A stretch of 64,000 nucleotides of DNA from Candidatus Latescibacterota bacterium. GTDB taxonomy: Bacteria > Latescibacterota > UBA2968 > GCA-2709665. Under the pieces are notes generated by a model that was given only the letters and a program-made list of their open reading frames with translations, did not search any database and was not told the origin of the DNA. Location of the stretch: the NCBI GenBank assembly GCA_963667175.2, contig CAXXXF010000003.1, positions 480,001 to 544,000 of the forward strand. Reading direction: 5' to 3'. Both the position numbers and the translations under genes were made by a program. Below, piece by piece: positions 39,732 to 49,724 of the stretch (position 1 is the first letter of the stretch; each line of letters starts with the position of its first letter).

Positions 39732-39759
39732 AATATACGCACCGCCGGCGCCGTTGCAA
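39732..39759 (-). promoter_or_regulatory. sigma70-type promoter of the tRNA-like gene
   Basis: Minus strand TTGCAA-16 bp-TATATT, 14 nt upstream of the acceptor stem. Confidence 0.6.
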
Positions 39760-39863
39760 GCCCAAAAATCGCCACTTGACAATGGCGGACGAAATGGGAA
39801 AATTAGGGACTTGCCGCAGCTGAGCTGAAATCCGAAAGCGGCCGTTGTGTCAGGGGGTATGTT

Positions 39864-41153
39864 GTGAACAACCGTTCGGCAGCGTTATTCGAAGCGGCGC
39901 AGCGGGTGATTCCGGGCGGCGTGAACAGCCCGGCGCGTGCTTTCGGCCCCGTAGGCGGCCAGCCGCTGTTCATAACGCGAGGAAGCGGGTCGAAAGTTTT
40001 CGATGCGGACGGGCGGGAGTTTGTCGACTACGTCTGTTCGTGGGGACCGCTGGTTCTGGGCCACGCGCCGCCAGGCGTGGTAGAAGCGCTCAAGCGGACC
40101 TGCGAGCAGGGTACGAGTTTCGGGGCGCCCACTGAGACAGAGGTTGAAATGGCCCGGCTGGTCACCGAACGCGTGCCCGGTGTGGAAATGGTGCGCATGG
40201 TGAACTCGGGTACCGAGGCCACGATGTCAGCCGTGCGTCTGGCCAGGGGGGTTACGGGACGCGAGAAGGTGATCAAGTTCGAGGGCTGCTGGCACGGGCA
40301 CGCCGACAGCTTTCTGATTCAGGCCGGGTCGTCGGCGCTCACCACGGGCGTGCCCAGCAGCCCCGGCGTGACCGCGGGCACGGCGGCTGGCACCCTCACC
40401 GCGCCCTACAACGACCTCGAGGCGGTTGAGCGGATCGTGGCGGAGAACCCGGACGAGATCGCGGCGGTCATCGTGGAGCCGGTGGCAGGCAATATGGGTG
40501 TGATTCCGCCGGCGGACGGATTCCTGGAAGGATTGCGGGAACTCACCGCGGATTCGGAGATTGTGCTCATATTCGACGAAGTAATCACCGGATTCAGGGT
40601 TCATCCGGGCGGCGCCCAGGCGTTATACGGGGTCACGCCCGATCTGACCACGCTCGGCAAAATTATCGGCGGCGGGCTGCCGGTGGGCGCCTTCGGCGGC
40701 AGGCGGGAGATCATGTCGCATATTTCGCCGCTCGGCAAAGGGGTATCGCAGGCCGGGACGCTATCGGGAAATCCCCTCGCGATGACGGCGGGCCGCGAGA
40801 CGCTCAGGCAACTCCGGGAACCCGGCGCGTATGAATCGCTGGAAGCCAAAGCCGCCGCCCTGGAGGCCGGCTTCCGGGAAAACCTGAGGTCGCTCGGATT
40901 GCCGTTTCAACTGAACCGGGTCGGGTCCATGATGACCCTGTTCTTTACGGACCGTCCCGTGACGCGATACGCGGCCGCCGTCGCGTGCGACCAGGAGGTT
41001 TTCGCGCGTTACTTCCGGCTGATGCTGGAACAGGGCGTCTATCTGGCGCCTTCCCAGTTCGAAGCGACCTTTGTCTCGCTGGCGCATACGGACGCGGATA
41101 TCGACCGGACCGTGGAAGCGCAGTACAAAGCCTTGAAATCATGCGCAGTCTGA
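39864..41153 (+). CDS. hemL: Glutamate-1-semialdehyde 2,1-aminomutase
   Basis: [51 protein letters not shown]. Confidence 0.96.
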   Translation: MNNRSAALFEAAQRVIPGGVNSPARAFGPVGGQPLFITRGSGSKVFDADGREFVDYVCSWGPLVLGHAPPGVVEALKRTCEQGTSFGAPTETEVEMARLVTERVPGVEMVRMVNSGTEATMSAVRLARGVTGREKVIKFEGCWHGHADSFLIQAGSSALTTGVPSSPGVTAGTAAGTLTAPYNDLEAVERIVAENPDEIAAVIVEPVAGNMGVIPPADGFLEGLRELTADSEIVLIFDEVITGFRVHPGGAQALYGVTPDLTTLGKIIGGGLPVGAFGGRREIMSHISPLGKGVSQAGTLSGNPLAMTAGRETLRQLREPGAYESLEAKAAALEAGFRENLRSLGLPFQLNRVGSMMTLFFTDRPVTRYAAAVACDQEVFARYFRLMLEQGVYLAPSQFEATFVSLAHTDADIDRTVEAQYKALKSCAV

Positions 41154-41605
41154 GAGTCATTCTCCTCCTGTCGCTCGGGGCGCCGGGATGCGGCGGCGAA
41201 AGCGATCACTTTACCCGGCTCCGTTCCGGCACGCCGCAAGAGCGCGAGGATGCGGCGGCGTATCTCGGCGCCCGCCGGATTCCCGGATCGGCGCCCTATT
41301 TGCGACAGGCGCTGAGGGATACGGTTCCGGAGGTGCGCGCCAAGGCGATCTGGGCGCTGGGGATGCTGGGCGCCGTCGAAGCGCTTCCCGATCTGGCGCC
41401 ATTCCTTACGGCCAACAGCCGCCGGTTGCGCCAGCAGGCCGCCGTCGCGATGATGCACATCGAACAGCCCGAGGCGATCGCCGTTCTTGAGCTGGCGATG
41501 CAGACGGAGAGAGACCCGTGGGTCAGAAGCGATCTGGCGAGGGCGATAGCGCACCTCAAGCAGTTCGTGGGAGAATCCGACGTCGCGGAGGGCACGTTCC
41601 GTTAG
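41141..41605 (+). CDS. HEAT-repeat (lipo)protein
   Basis: Signal with Cys (LGAPGC). HEAT repeats [28 protein letters not shown]. Confidence 0.75.
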   Translation: MRSLRVILLLSLGAPGCGGESDHFTRLRSGTPQEREDAAAYLGARRIPGSAPYLRQALRDTVPEVRAKAIWALGMLGAVEALPDLAPFLTANSRRLRQQAAVAMMHIEQPEAIAVLELAMQTERDPWVRSDLARAIAHLKQFVGESDVAEGTFR

Positions 41606-41875
41606 CAGTCCGTTGAAAAAGTCGCTCTGCAGGCGAGACCGAGTCATTGTGGCCGAAGACAAGGCGCGCCTGTCTGCGTGCCTGCCTGCGCCGAGACGTG
41701 CTCGGCAGGCAGGCGGACACGCACAGGCAGGCGACCGACGCGAATGCCTGGATTCGGGGAGGGAGCGCCTGCCTGCCGCAGGCAGGCAACGCCGTATTTC
41801 GGTCACAAGGGCCGGACGCCTGTCTGCGTGCGAACGCACAGGCAGGCAGCCCGGATGGACTTTATCAACGGGCTG
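41606..41875 (+). mobile_element. MITE-like element (270 bp) with TTAG target-site duplication and four nested hairpins
   Basis: TTAG-CAGTCCGTTGAAAAAGTC...GACTTTATCAACGGGCTG-TTAG, near-identical to 11846..12087. Confidence 0.85.
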
Positions 41876-41934
41876 TTAGGCGGTTTCGGCCTTGCCCTTT
41901 TTCAGGGACATGACATTACGGGGGCATTTCACTT

Positions 41935-44109
41935 ATGAATCGATGGTTTGAACCTCGCATTCTCACGGCCTTCCTCATCGGCGTCCTGCCGATGGGTTCG
42001 CCGACGTCCGCTGCCGCCTCGGATTGGACGCACTGGCGCGGACCGATGCAATCCGGCGCTTCACCGGAGATGGGTCTGATTTCCAGATGGTCTCCCGAAG
42101 GTGAAAACCTGGTCTGGCGCGCGGCGTTCATCGGCCGGTCCACGCCGGTCATTCTGAACGGGCGGGTCTATGTGATCGGACGTGCGGGGGACGGGGTCAC
42201 CAGGCAGGAACACGTCGCCTGTTTCGACGCGGAGAACGGACGGCTGGTATGGGAGCGCAAGTTCAACGTGTGGCATTCCACCATCACGTTCAACCGTCTG
42301 GGCTGGGCGAATCCGGGCGCCGACGTGGAAACCGGAAACGTGTACGCGCACCTGGTGAACGGTCTGCTGCTGTGTTTCGACCGCGACGGCCGGATTCTCT
42401 GGACCCGGTCGCTGACCGAGGAGTTCAACAGGTTTTCGGGCTACGGAGGCAGGCTGCATACGCCCGTCGTCGAAGGAGACCTGGTCGTGATCAGCATGGG
42501 CAACAGGGGCTGGGCGGATCGCCCGCCCTCCCACCGGTACATGGCGTTCGACAAGCGGACCGGAGAGACCGTCTGGATGGCGCGGCCGGGTGGAGGCGGG
42601 CAGGCCGACCTGACCGTTTATTCCACCCCGGTGGCGGCGACCGTCGACGGCCGGCGGTTGCTGATCGCGGGCAACGGAAACGGTGGCATCTTCGCATTCA
42701 AGGCCGGGACAGGCGAGGTCGTGTGGGGCTTCCCGTTGAGCAGGCGGGGCATCAACACCTCTCCGGTTGCGGCTGACAATCGCGTGTACGCGACCCACAG
42801 CGAAGAGAACTTGGACAATACCACGATGGGTCGGGTGGTATGCCTCGACGCGGGTACGGGCAAAGAGATCTGGCGCCAGGACGGAATCGCGGCAGGGTAT
42901 GCTTCTCCGGCGCTTCACGCCGGGCGTCTGTACGTCATCGACAATTCGGCGAACGTGCACTGCCTGGACGCAAAGAGCGGGCAGAAGTACTGGGAGCACA
43001 ATGTCGGCACGGTGGGCAAGGGCTCACCCACGTGGGCCGACGGGAAACTGTACGTGACGGAGGTCAACGGCGGATTCCGCGTTCTCAGAGTGGACGACGA
43101 AGGCGCACAGGTCCTGGAGGAAGAACAGATCAGCATGCCGGGCGGGAGGCCCGCGGAAATCTACGGTTCGGTCGCCGTCGCGTACGGCCGGATTTACTTC
43201 GCAACCGAAGCCGGACTCTTCTGCCTGGGCGACCGGGACTCGCCCATCTCGCCCGCGACCACGCCCATTCCCGATCATCCGCGGGCGCCGTCGGACGCCG
43301 AACCCGCCTCGCTGCTGGTCTTCCCGGCCGAGAAAACGCTGACCTGGGACGAAGCGTTGCCATTGAGCGTCCGGGCGTACGACGAGCGGGGCCGGAAGAT
43401 CGGCAAAGTCGATGCCGAATGGTCCCTGGAAGGACTGGACGGCCGCGTCGACAACGGTCGGTTTACTCCGGCAGAACGCGGACAGGCAGGGTGGGTGGTC
43501 GCCAATTCAGGCGGGCTGACCGCGCGGGCATGGGTCCGCGTGGTTCCCAGTCCGCCCTGGACCGAAGACTTCGAGGGGATTCCGGCGGGCAGGAATCCGC
43601 GCCACTGGGTGTGGGGCGGGCGGGGGTTCCGGGTCGAGGAAAAGGATGGAAACAACGTGCTGGTGAAGCCGCCCGCGGCGCGCGGACTGGACCGTTCCAA
43701 TCTCTACATAGGTCCGCCCGGCATGAGGGGATATACTGTCCAGGCCGATCTGATGGGCGGCACGCGCCGGCGCTGGCGTCCGGATATGGGCCTTATCGCG
43801 CACCGATACATCCTGGATCTGCAAAGCGCCTATCAGCGCCTGGAAGTCCGCTCGTGGTCCTCGGATCTGAGGATGGTCCATCGCGTGCCCTTCGAATGGG
43901 CCCCCGACGTTTGGTATACGATGAAGTTGAGGGTGGATATCGAGGGCGATCGGGCCGTTGTCCGGGGAAAGGTCTGGAAGCGGGGCGACGCGGAACCCGG
44001 CGCCTGGACGATCGAGGCGGAGGATCCGCTTCCCATAAGGGAAGGCAGCCCCGGACTCTACGGCTACTCACCGGCGAACGTCTACTACGACAACGTAAGC
44101 GTATATTGA
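41935..44109 (+). CDS. Secreted PQQ-like beta-propeller protein with C-terminal jelly-roll-like domain
   Basis: Signal peptide, DWTHWRGP, repeated CxDAxxGxxxW motifs. Confidence 0.85.
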   Translation: MNRWFEPRILTAFLIGVLPMGSPTSAAASDWTHWRGPMQSGASPEMGLISRWSPEGENLVWRAAFIGRSTPVILNGRVYVIGRAGDGVTRQEHVACFDAENGRLVWERKFNVWHSTITFNRLGWANPGADVETGNVYAHLVNGLLLCFDRDGRILWTRSLTEEFNRFSGYGGRLHTPVVEGDLVVISMGNRGWADRPPSHRYMAFDKRTGETVWMARPGGGGQADLTVYSTPVAATVDGRRLLIAGNGNGGIFAFKAGTGEVVWGFPLSRRGINTSPVAADNRVYATHSEENLDNTTMGRVVCLDAGTGKEIWRQDGIAAGYASPALHAGRLYVIDNSANVHCLDAKSGQKYWEHNVGTVGKGSPTWADGKLYVTEVNGGFRVLRVDDEGAQVLEEEQISMPGGRPAEIYGSVAVAYGRIYFATEAGLFCLGDRDSPISPATTPIPDHPRAPSDAEPASLLVFPAEKTLTWDEALPLSVRAYDERGRKIGKVDAEWSLEGLDGRVDNGRFTPAERGQAGWVVANSGGLTARAWVRVVPSPPWTEDFEGIPAGRNPRHWVWGGRGFRVEEKDGNNVLVKPPAARGLDRSNLYIGPPGMRGYTVQADLMGGTRRRWRPDMGLIAHRYILDLQSAYQRLEVRSWSSDLRMVHRVPFEWAPDVWYTMKLRVDIEGDRAVVRGKVWKRGDAEPGAWTIEAEDPLPIREGSPGLYGYSPANVYYDNVSVY

Positions 44110-44217
44110 CCGGCCTCGAGTCACTCATGCGCCGGAATTCGCTTGTGTGCAGGATGCCTGAGTAAGCATCGAAAAAGTGTGTATTGAAGTCATGAATTCA
44201 TATAGAGAAAGGCACAC

Positions 44218-45645
44218 ATGAAATCGAAATGGATATTGAGCTGCATCGTGATTCTCTTCCGGTCGGCGTCGGGCGCGGGCGCGGAGGAGACCTCGATGTG
44301 GGGATTCACGCCCTCGCGGAACCTCGTGTCGGACGAAAGGAACCTGCCGATCGATTGGAATACGGCCACCGGCCAGAACATCAGGTGGAAGGCCGACCTC
44401 GGCTCCCAGTCCTATGCCGGACCGGTCATGCTGGGCGGCAAGGTGTTTATGGGGACGAACAACCACGCCGAACGGAATCCCGACGTCAAGGGCGACCGCG
44501 GCGTGGTGATGGCGTTCCGGGTATCGGACGGAGAATTCCTGTGGCAGTCCGCCCATCCGAAGCTGCCCGCGGGAAGGGTGAACGACTGGCCGCTGCAGGG
44601 GGTCTGCTCCACGCCGTACGTCCAGGGCGATCGTCTGTACTACGTTTCCAACCAGGGGCGCGTGGTCTGCGCGGACACGGAGGGTTTCCTGGACTCGGAA
44701 AACGACGGGCCGTATCGGGACGAAGACGTCACCGCCGCCATCGGCGCGGATATCGTCTGGGAATACGATATGATGAGCGAGCTGGACGTGTTCCCGCACA
44801 ATCTGGCCACCTGTTCGCCCGTGGGAGCGGACGGCATGCTGTTCATCATTACCAGTAATGGCGTGGACGAAGGCCACGTGGCCATTCCGTCCCCGTTTGC
44901 GCCCAGCTTTATCGCCCTCAGTCTGAAGTCCGGTGAACTCGTCTGGGAGACGGCCTATCCCGGCACGAATATCCTGCATGGGCAGTGGTCGAACCCTGCC
45001 TACGGCACGATTAACGGAAAACCCCAGGTCATCCTTCCGGGCGGGGACGGGTGGGTCTACGCCGTCGCGCCAAAAACGGGCGAACTGATCTGGAAGTTCG
45101 ATTGCAATCCGAAGGATTCCGTGTGGGAGCTTGGCGGACGGGGCACCCGGAACGCGATCATCGCCACGCCCGTGATCTACGACAACAAGGTCTTCATCGG
45201 TGTGGGACAGGATCCCGAACACGGCGAAGGGGTGGGCCATCTCTGGGCGATCGACGCCACGGGAAAGGGCGACGTTACGGACACTCACGCGGTCTGGCAT
45301 CTGGGAGGCAAGGATTTCAACCGGACGATGTCCACTGTCGCCATCCACGACGGCCTGCTGTACGCGGCGGACCTGAGCGGATTCGTCTACTGTCTGGATC
45401 TGAAGAAGGGCAAGCCGCACTGGACCTACGATGCCTACGCCGCCATCTGGGGGTCGCCGTTCGTGGCCGACGGAAAGGTCTACATCGGCGACGAAGACGG
45501 TGACGTGATGATCTTCAAGGCATCGGCTAAGCTCGAGAAGATCAACGAAATCAACATGGGCAGCGCGGTATATACAACGCCCATTGCGAAAGACGGGGTG
45601 CTGTACATCGGGACCCGCAATACGCTGTACGCAATCGGGAAATAG
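44218..45645 (+). CDS. Secreted PQQ-like beta-propeller protein
   Basis: Signal peptide, WKADLGSQSY, repeated xxGELxW motifs, WGSPFVADGKVYIG. Confidence 0.85.
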   Translation: MKSKWILSCIVILFRSASGAGAEETSMWGFTPSRNLVSDERNLPIDWNTATGQNIRWKADLGSQSYAGPVMLGGKVFMGTNNHAERNPDVKGDRGVVMAFRVSDGEFLWQSAHPKLPAGRVNDWPLQGVCSTPYVQGDRLYYVSNQGRVVCADTEGFLDSENDGPYRDEDVTAAIGADIVWEYDMMSELDVFPHNLATCSPVGADGMLFIITSNGVDEGHVAIPSPFAPSFIALSLKSGELVWETAYPGTNILHGQWSNPAYGTINGKPQVILPGGDGWVYAVAPKTGELIWKFDCNPKDSVWELGGRGTRNAIIATPVIYDNKVFIGVGQDPEHGEGVGHLWAIDATGKGDVTDTHAVWHLGGKDFNRTMSTVAIHDGLLYAADLSGFVYCLDLKKGKPHWTYDAYAAIWGSPFVADGKVYIGDEDGDVMIFKASAKLEKINEINMGSAVYTTPIAKDGVLYIGTRNTLYAIGK

Positions 45646-45738
45646 GACGCGACGGACAGCGGAACACGGCCGGCCGATCGGGGATGTCGTTGTCCTGCAG
45701 CCGAATTCGATCAACCCACTTCCGGGACAGGACACAGG

Positions 45739-46473
45739 ATGCCGCTGGAAAACAAGGTGATTCTTGTAACCGGGGGGGCCTCGGGTATCGGACGAGCCGC
45801 GTCGATGTGTTGCGCGCGGGCCGGCGCCCGCGTGGCGGTGACGGACTGCGATCGGGACGGCGTTGCGGCAACCGTTCGCGAAATCGAAGGTTCCGGCGGC
45901 GAAGCCCGGGGTTTCCGGGTCGACGTTCGCGACGAAGCCGGCGTCCGGACGATGGTGAAGGACGTGGTCCGGGCGTTCGGTCGGATCGACGGTCTGATTC
46001 ATTCCGCGGGGATCCTGGACGGCGCGCTGGTGCCCGTCGATCTGTTCGAAGCGGACACGTGGGACCGGGTGGTCGACGTCAACCTGAAGGGCAGTTTTCT
46101 GCTGTGCAAACACGTGGCCCCGGTCATCGAGCGGTCCGGCGGCGGCGTGCTCGTGCTGGTATCTTCCGGCGCCGGGGTGCGGGGAGGCAGTTCGTCGGCG
46201 GCATACGGATCGAGCAAAGGCGGCGTGCACGGGCTCTCTCTGGTGCTCGCGCCGCAACTGGGGCCCAGGGGAATCCGGGTACACGCGCTGTGTCCCGGGA
46301 GCCTCGACACGCCGTTGAAGATCGTCGCGCTGAGGAAACAGGCTGAAGCGGAGGGGCGATCGCTGGAGGCGTTGAGATCGGGACTGGGCGATCCCGAAGG
46401 CGTGGGCAAGGTGCTGGCGTTTCTGGTTTCGGACGATGCGGACTACGTGAGGGGGACGGTCCATACGAGGTGA
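45739..46473 (+). CDS. SDR family oxidoreductase
   Basis: TGGASGIG, VNLKG, YGSSK. Confidence 0.92.
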   Translation: MPLENKVILVTGGASGIGRAASMCCARAGARVAVTDCDRDGVAATVREIEGSGGEARGFRVDVRDEAGVRTMVKDVVRAFGRIDGLIHSAGILDGALVPVDLFEADTWDRVVDVNLKGSFLLCKHVAPVIERSGGGVLVLVSSGAGVRGGSSSAAYGSSKGGVHGLSLVLAPQLGPRGIRVHALCPGSLDTPLKIVALRKQAEAEGRSLEALRSGLGDPEGVGKVLAFLVSDDADYVRGTVHTR

Positions 46474-46557
46474 GGCGGATCGGACGTCCGGTTCGGCTGC
46501 CCGGTCGTCGGGACCGGCCGCGTGCGAACGGGCTGATAGGGGAAAGGGAGGTAGAGA

Positions 46558-46743
46558 ATGCAGCGCACGATGAAAATCGCGCTGATCGGCGCGGGGATGT
46601 TCGGCGGCGACGTACACGCCAGGGCGTTCGCCGATTTGCAGCGGATGGGAATCAGTGGAAATCTGGGGCGGGTCGGGCTGGACCGGTGGGCGCGTGACCT
46701 GGCGGACGTGCGGTTCGATCTGGTGGCCGTGGCCACGCGGTCC
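46558..46743 (+). pseudogene. N-terminal fragment of a Gfo/Idh/MocA-type oxidoreductase
   Basis: MKIALIGAGMFGGDVH...LVAVATRS Rossmann start, then an abrupt switch to an unrelated fold. Confidence 0.65.
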
Positions 46744-47373
46744 ATCATGGACTACGAGACGGCGGAGAACATGATCCGCGCCGCCGAGCTCTCCGGCACC
46801 ACGCCCATCGTCCGCATCGGCATGAACGACCAGCAACACATCCAACGCTACCTCGAAGGCGGCGCGCAAGGCGTGATGATCCCGCTAATCAACGATGGAG
46901 AGCAAGGTCGTCGCGTCGTAGATTCCGTCAAGTATCCGCCCGTCGGCAAACGCGGCGGTTTCTCCGGGCGCAGCGCGATGTTCGGCATCCAAGACCAGGC
47001 CGAATACGTCAAGCAGGCGAACGAAGAGACCTTTGTGTGCCTGCAGATCGAGACGCCCGAAAGCGTCGAAAACGCCGACGAGATAATCGCCGTAGAAGGC
47101 GCCGACTGCATCTTCATGGGTCCCGGCGACCTTTCGCTCAACATGGGCTACCCCGGGCAGATTTCGCATCCCGAAGTCGTATCTGCAATCGAAACCCTCG
47201 TCAAGAAAACGCACGACGCCGGCAAAATATCCGGCACCTTGGGCGTCACCGTCGAACAGGCGCAGTTCTGGCACGAACGCGGCGTCCAATGGATCGTCAG
47301 CGGCGCATCCCGCTTCCTGCTAGCCGAAGCCCGCGCCTATCTGGACGAGACACGCAGCTCGGGGATCGGATAA
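46741..47373 (+). pseudogene. HpcH/HpaI aldolase lacking its N-terminus (joined in frame to the Gfo fragment)
   Basis: SIMDYETAENMIRAAE, PIVR, GVMIP, KYPPVGKRG, QIET, FMGPGDLS. The N-terminal part including the D-x-E-H motif is missing. Confidence 0.75.
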
Positions 47374-47456
47374 AATCGCAAACAACGCATTCGAATTCAC
47401 AAGTCTCGTCTTGATCGTATTCGTTTGAGTTAGCATAGATGTCACGGAGGTCAACC

Positions 47457-47654
47457 ATGCAGACTAAGGACCTAGAGAAAGACGCCCTGACCGAATCATT
47501 CGTCGAGAACGAAGCTGGTGTCGCCGACATGATCGAGCTGTACGAGCGCATCGAGAGTGTCTATGTCAAAGCCTCTGAAGCAGTTTACGATGCGCCGGTT
47601 ACGTACACCTCAGACTCGACTAACATAACCTCGCCACATGCCCACTTGGGGTGA
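47457..47654 (+). CDS. Small acidic hypothetical protein coupled to the SDH protease
   Basis: GGAGG RBS. Overlaps the start of 47638. Confidence 0.6.
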   Translation: MQTKDLEKDALTESFVENEAGVADMIELYERIESVYVKASEAVYDAPVTYTSDSTNITSPHAHLG

Positions 47655-48672
47655 AATTCTCACCGAACTGAGTCAAACTAACCCTCCCGATTTCGACGGG
47701 GTTCGTCGCAAATACCTCCGACAACTCCACGCGGTGACCGGCAGGGCTGTGATTCTTTACGCCTCTGCTTGGTTCGAGTCGCGTCCGATCCCGCCAGCGG
47801 ATTTGCAGGTATCCAATACCGATGTAGGCGGCTTTATGGAAGCGGTTTCCAACATACACGAAGATGAGCTCGACTTAATCGTGCACAGTCCTGGCGGATC
47901 GGCAGAAGCTGCCGAATCGATCGTCGAATATTTGAGGTGCCGCTTCAAGAAAATCAGGGTGATCGTTCCCGTTTCCGCGATGTCGGCCGCGACCATGATC
48001 GCTCTTTCTGCGGACGAAATAGTAATGGGCCAACATTCCCAACTCGGTCCGATTGATCCCCAGTTCATTATCTCGACCCCTGAAGGACCCAGAACGGCAC
48101 CTGCAAAGGCGATTTTGAACCAATTCGAACTTGCCAAAAAGGAATGTCGGTCTCCCGAAAATCTTGCTGCGTGGATGCCGATACTGCGGACATACGCTCC
48201 GGGCTTGCTTACCCAGTGTGAGGATTCGACAAGGCTGGCGTCAGATATGGTCGCCGGTTGGTTGAAAAGGTACATGCACAAGAAAAACGAAGCAAAGGCG
48301 GCGAAAATCGCCAAATGGTTCGCGGACTATGAATCGTTCCGTTCGCACGGGCGCCGGGTAGGAAGAGATCAAGCTCGCGATGTTGGCGTCACAATCGCGG
48401 ACTTGGAGGGCGACCATAAGATCCAAGATGCGGTTTTGTCGGTGCACCACGCCACGATGCACACCTTCGCATCGACAGCTGCCGCCAAAATCATCGAAAA
48501 CCACCACGGCAGGGCTTGGGTTCGCCATAATTCCGCAGGCATGCCTGTGCCCGTACCCATACCAGTACCAGCCATTCCTGTCGAACCGACTGAAACGCAG
48601 GAGCAGGGCGTTCGCCGATTGCCACGATCTGAGCGACGCCGTCTCGAGCGAGAACAGCGGAAAAGGAAGTGA
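47638..48672 (+). CDS. SDH family Clp-fold serine protease
   Basis: LIVHSPGGS, AMSAATMIALS, LGPIDPQ, SHGR. Confidence 0.88.
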   Translation: MPTWGEILTELSQTNPPDFDGVRRKYLRQLHAVTGRAVILYASAWFESRPIPPADLQVSNTDVGGFMEAVSNIHEDELDLIVHSPGGSAEAAESIVEYLRCRFKKIRVIVPVSAMSAATMIALSADEIVMGQHSQLGPIDPQFIISTPEGPRTAPAKAILNQFELAKKECRSPENLAAWMPILRTYAPGLLTQCEDSTRLASDMVAGWLKRYMHKKNEAKAAKIAKWFADYESFRSHGRRVGRDQARDVGVTIADLEGDHKIQDAVLSVHHATMHTFASTAAAKIIENHHGRAWVRHNSAGMPVPVPIPVPAIPVEPTETQEQGVRRLPRSERRRLEREQRKRK

Positions 48673-48759
48673 CCCAGAGAACCGCTCGTAGTTTCCAGTT
48701 GTTGTCGCACGCTAGTTTGACGGATGCCGCGCCCACCGAACGCCCCTGAAGACCGCCGC

Positions 48760-49704
48760 ATGAACCGGCGACAGACCAATCCTTTGCCCCAACCGGATCA
48801 CGCCGTTGTAACTGGTGCCTTTAGCTACACCGGCGGTTACATCGCGGAGCGATTGCTTCGTTCGGGCGTCGAAGTCACGACGCTGACTCGCCATCCTGAT
48901 CTGCAAAACCGATTTCGCGGTGAGGTCGGCGTCGCGCCGCTGAATTTTTCGGACCGAGGTCGGCTGACCGAATCGATGCGCGGAGCGGATGTTCTGTTCA
49001 ATACTTACTGGATACGGTTTGAACGAGGGGAAACCACCTTTGATGGCGCCGTGGAGAACTCCAAGACGCTATTCGAAGCCGCAATCGACGCGGGGGTCTC
49101 CAAGATTGTCCACATATCGGTCTCGAACCCGTCACCCGATTCTCGACTGCCTTATTTTTCCGGCAAATGGCGAGTAGAAGAAGCGCTGAAAGGTTACGGG
49201 ATTCCCTACGCCATCATCCGCCCTACTCTAGTCTTCGGCAAAGATGACCTCCTCCTCAACAACATCGCATGGGCTCTCAGACGCTTCCCGTTCTTCCCGA
49301 TATACGGCGACGGCAACTACAAAGTGCAACCGATCTTCGCTGAAGACCTCGGCGAACTGGCGGTCCAAGCGGCGAACGCGGTCGAAAACTTCACCGCCGA
49401 CGCCGCGGGTCCGGACACTCTGTCCTTTGATGCACTGCTCCGCCTGATGACATCGAAAATGCGCGTGTCCTGCGGTATATTGCGCACACCGCCGAGCATC
49501 GGACTCGCACTGACCAGCGTGATCGGACTATTGATGCGCGACGTAATCCTCACCCGCGATGAAGTCGATGGGCTGATGTCCGACTTGCTCGTATCCGATG
49601 CGCCACCCACCGGCACAACCCGTTTCGCCGACTGGTTAACCCGAAATGCAGACGATCTGGGTCGCAACTACCAATCCGAACTCGCTCGCAACTTTCGGCT
49701 TTAA
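48760..49704 (+). CDS. NAD(P)-binding epimerase-like protein (NDUFA9-like atypical SDR)
   Basis: VTGAFSYTG, YFSGK, IIRPTLVFG. Confidence 0.85.
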   Translation: MNRRQTNPLPQPDHAVVTGAFSYTGGYIAERLLRSGVEVTTLTRHPDLQNRFRGEVGVAPLNFSDRGRLTESMRGADVLFNTYWIRFERGETTFDGAVENSKTLFEAAIDAGVSKIVHISVSNPSPDSRLPYFSGKWRVEEALKGYGIPYAIIRPTLVFGKDDLLLNNIAWALRRFPFFPIYGDGNYKVQPIFAEDLGELAVQAANAVENFTADAAGPDTLSFDALLRLMTSKMRVSCGILRTPPSIGLALTSVIGLLMRDVILTRDEVDGLMSDLLVSDAPPTGTTRFADWLTRNADDLGRNYQSELARNFRL

Positions 49705-49724
49705 CATTTTGGGGCAGCCAGCGA

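Noticed and set aside
39603-39782. N-terminal extension of UvrA in the 983-aa ORF call
   Set aside because: It overlaps the tRNA-like gene, its promoter and terminator. Homology starts after the ATG at 39602.
46558-47373. Novel dehydrogenase-aldolase fusion enzyme
   Set aside because: Both domains are truncated and the join coincides with a change in sequence character, so it is treated as a breakpoint.
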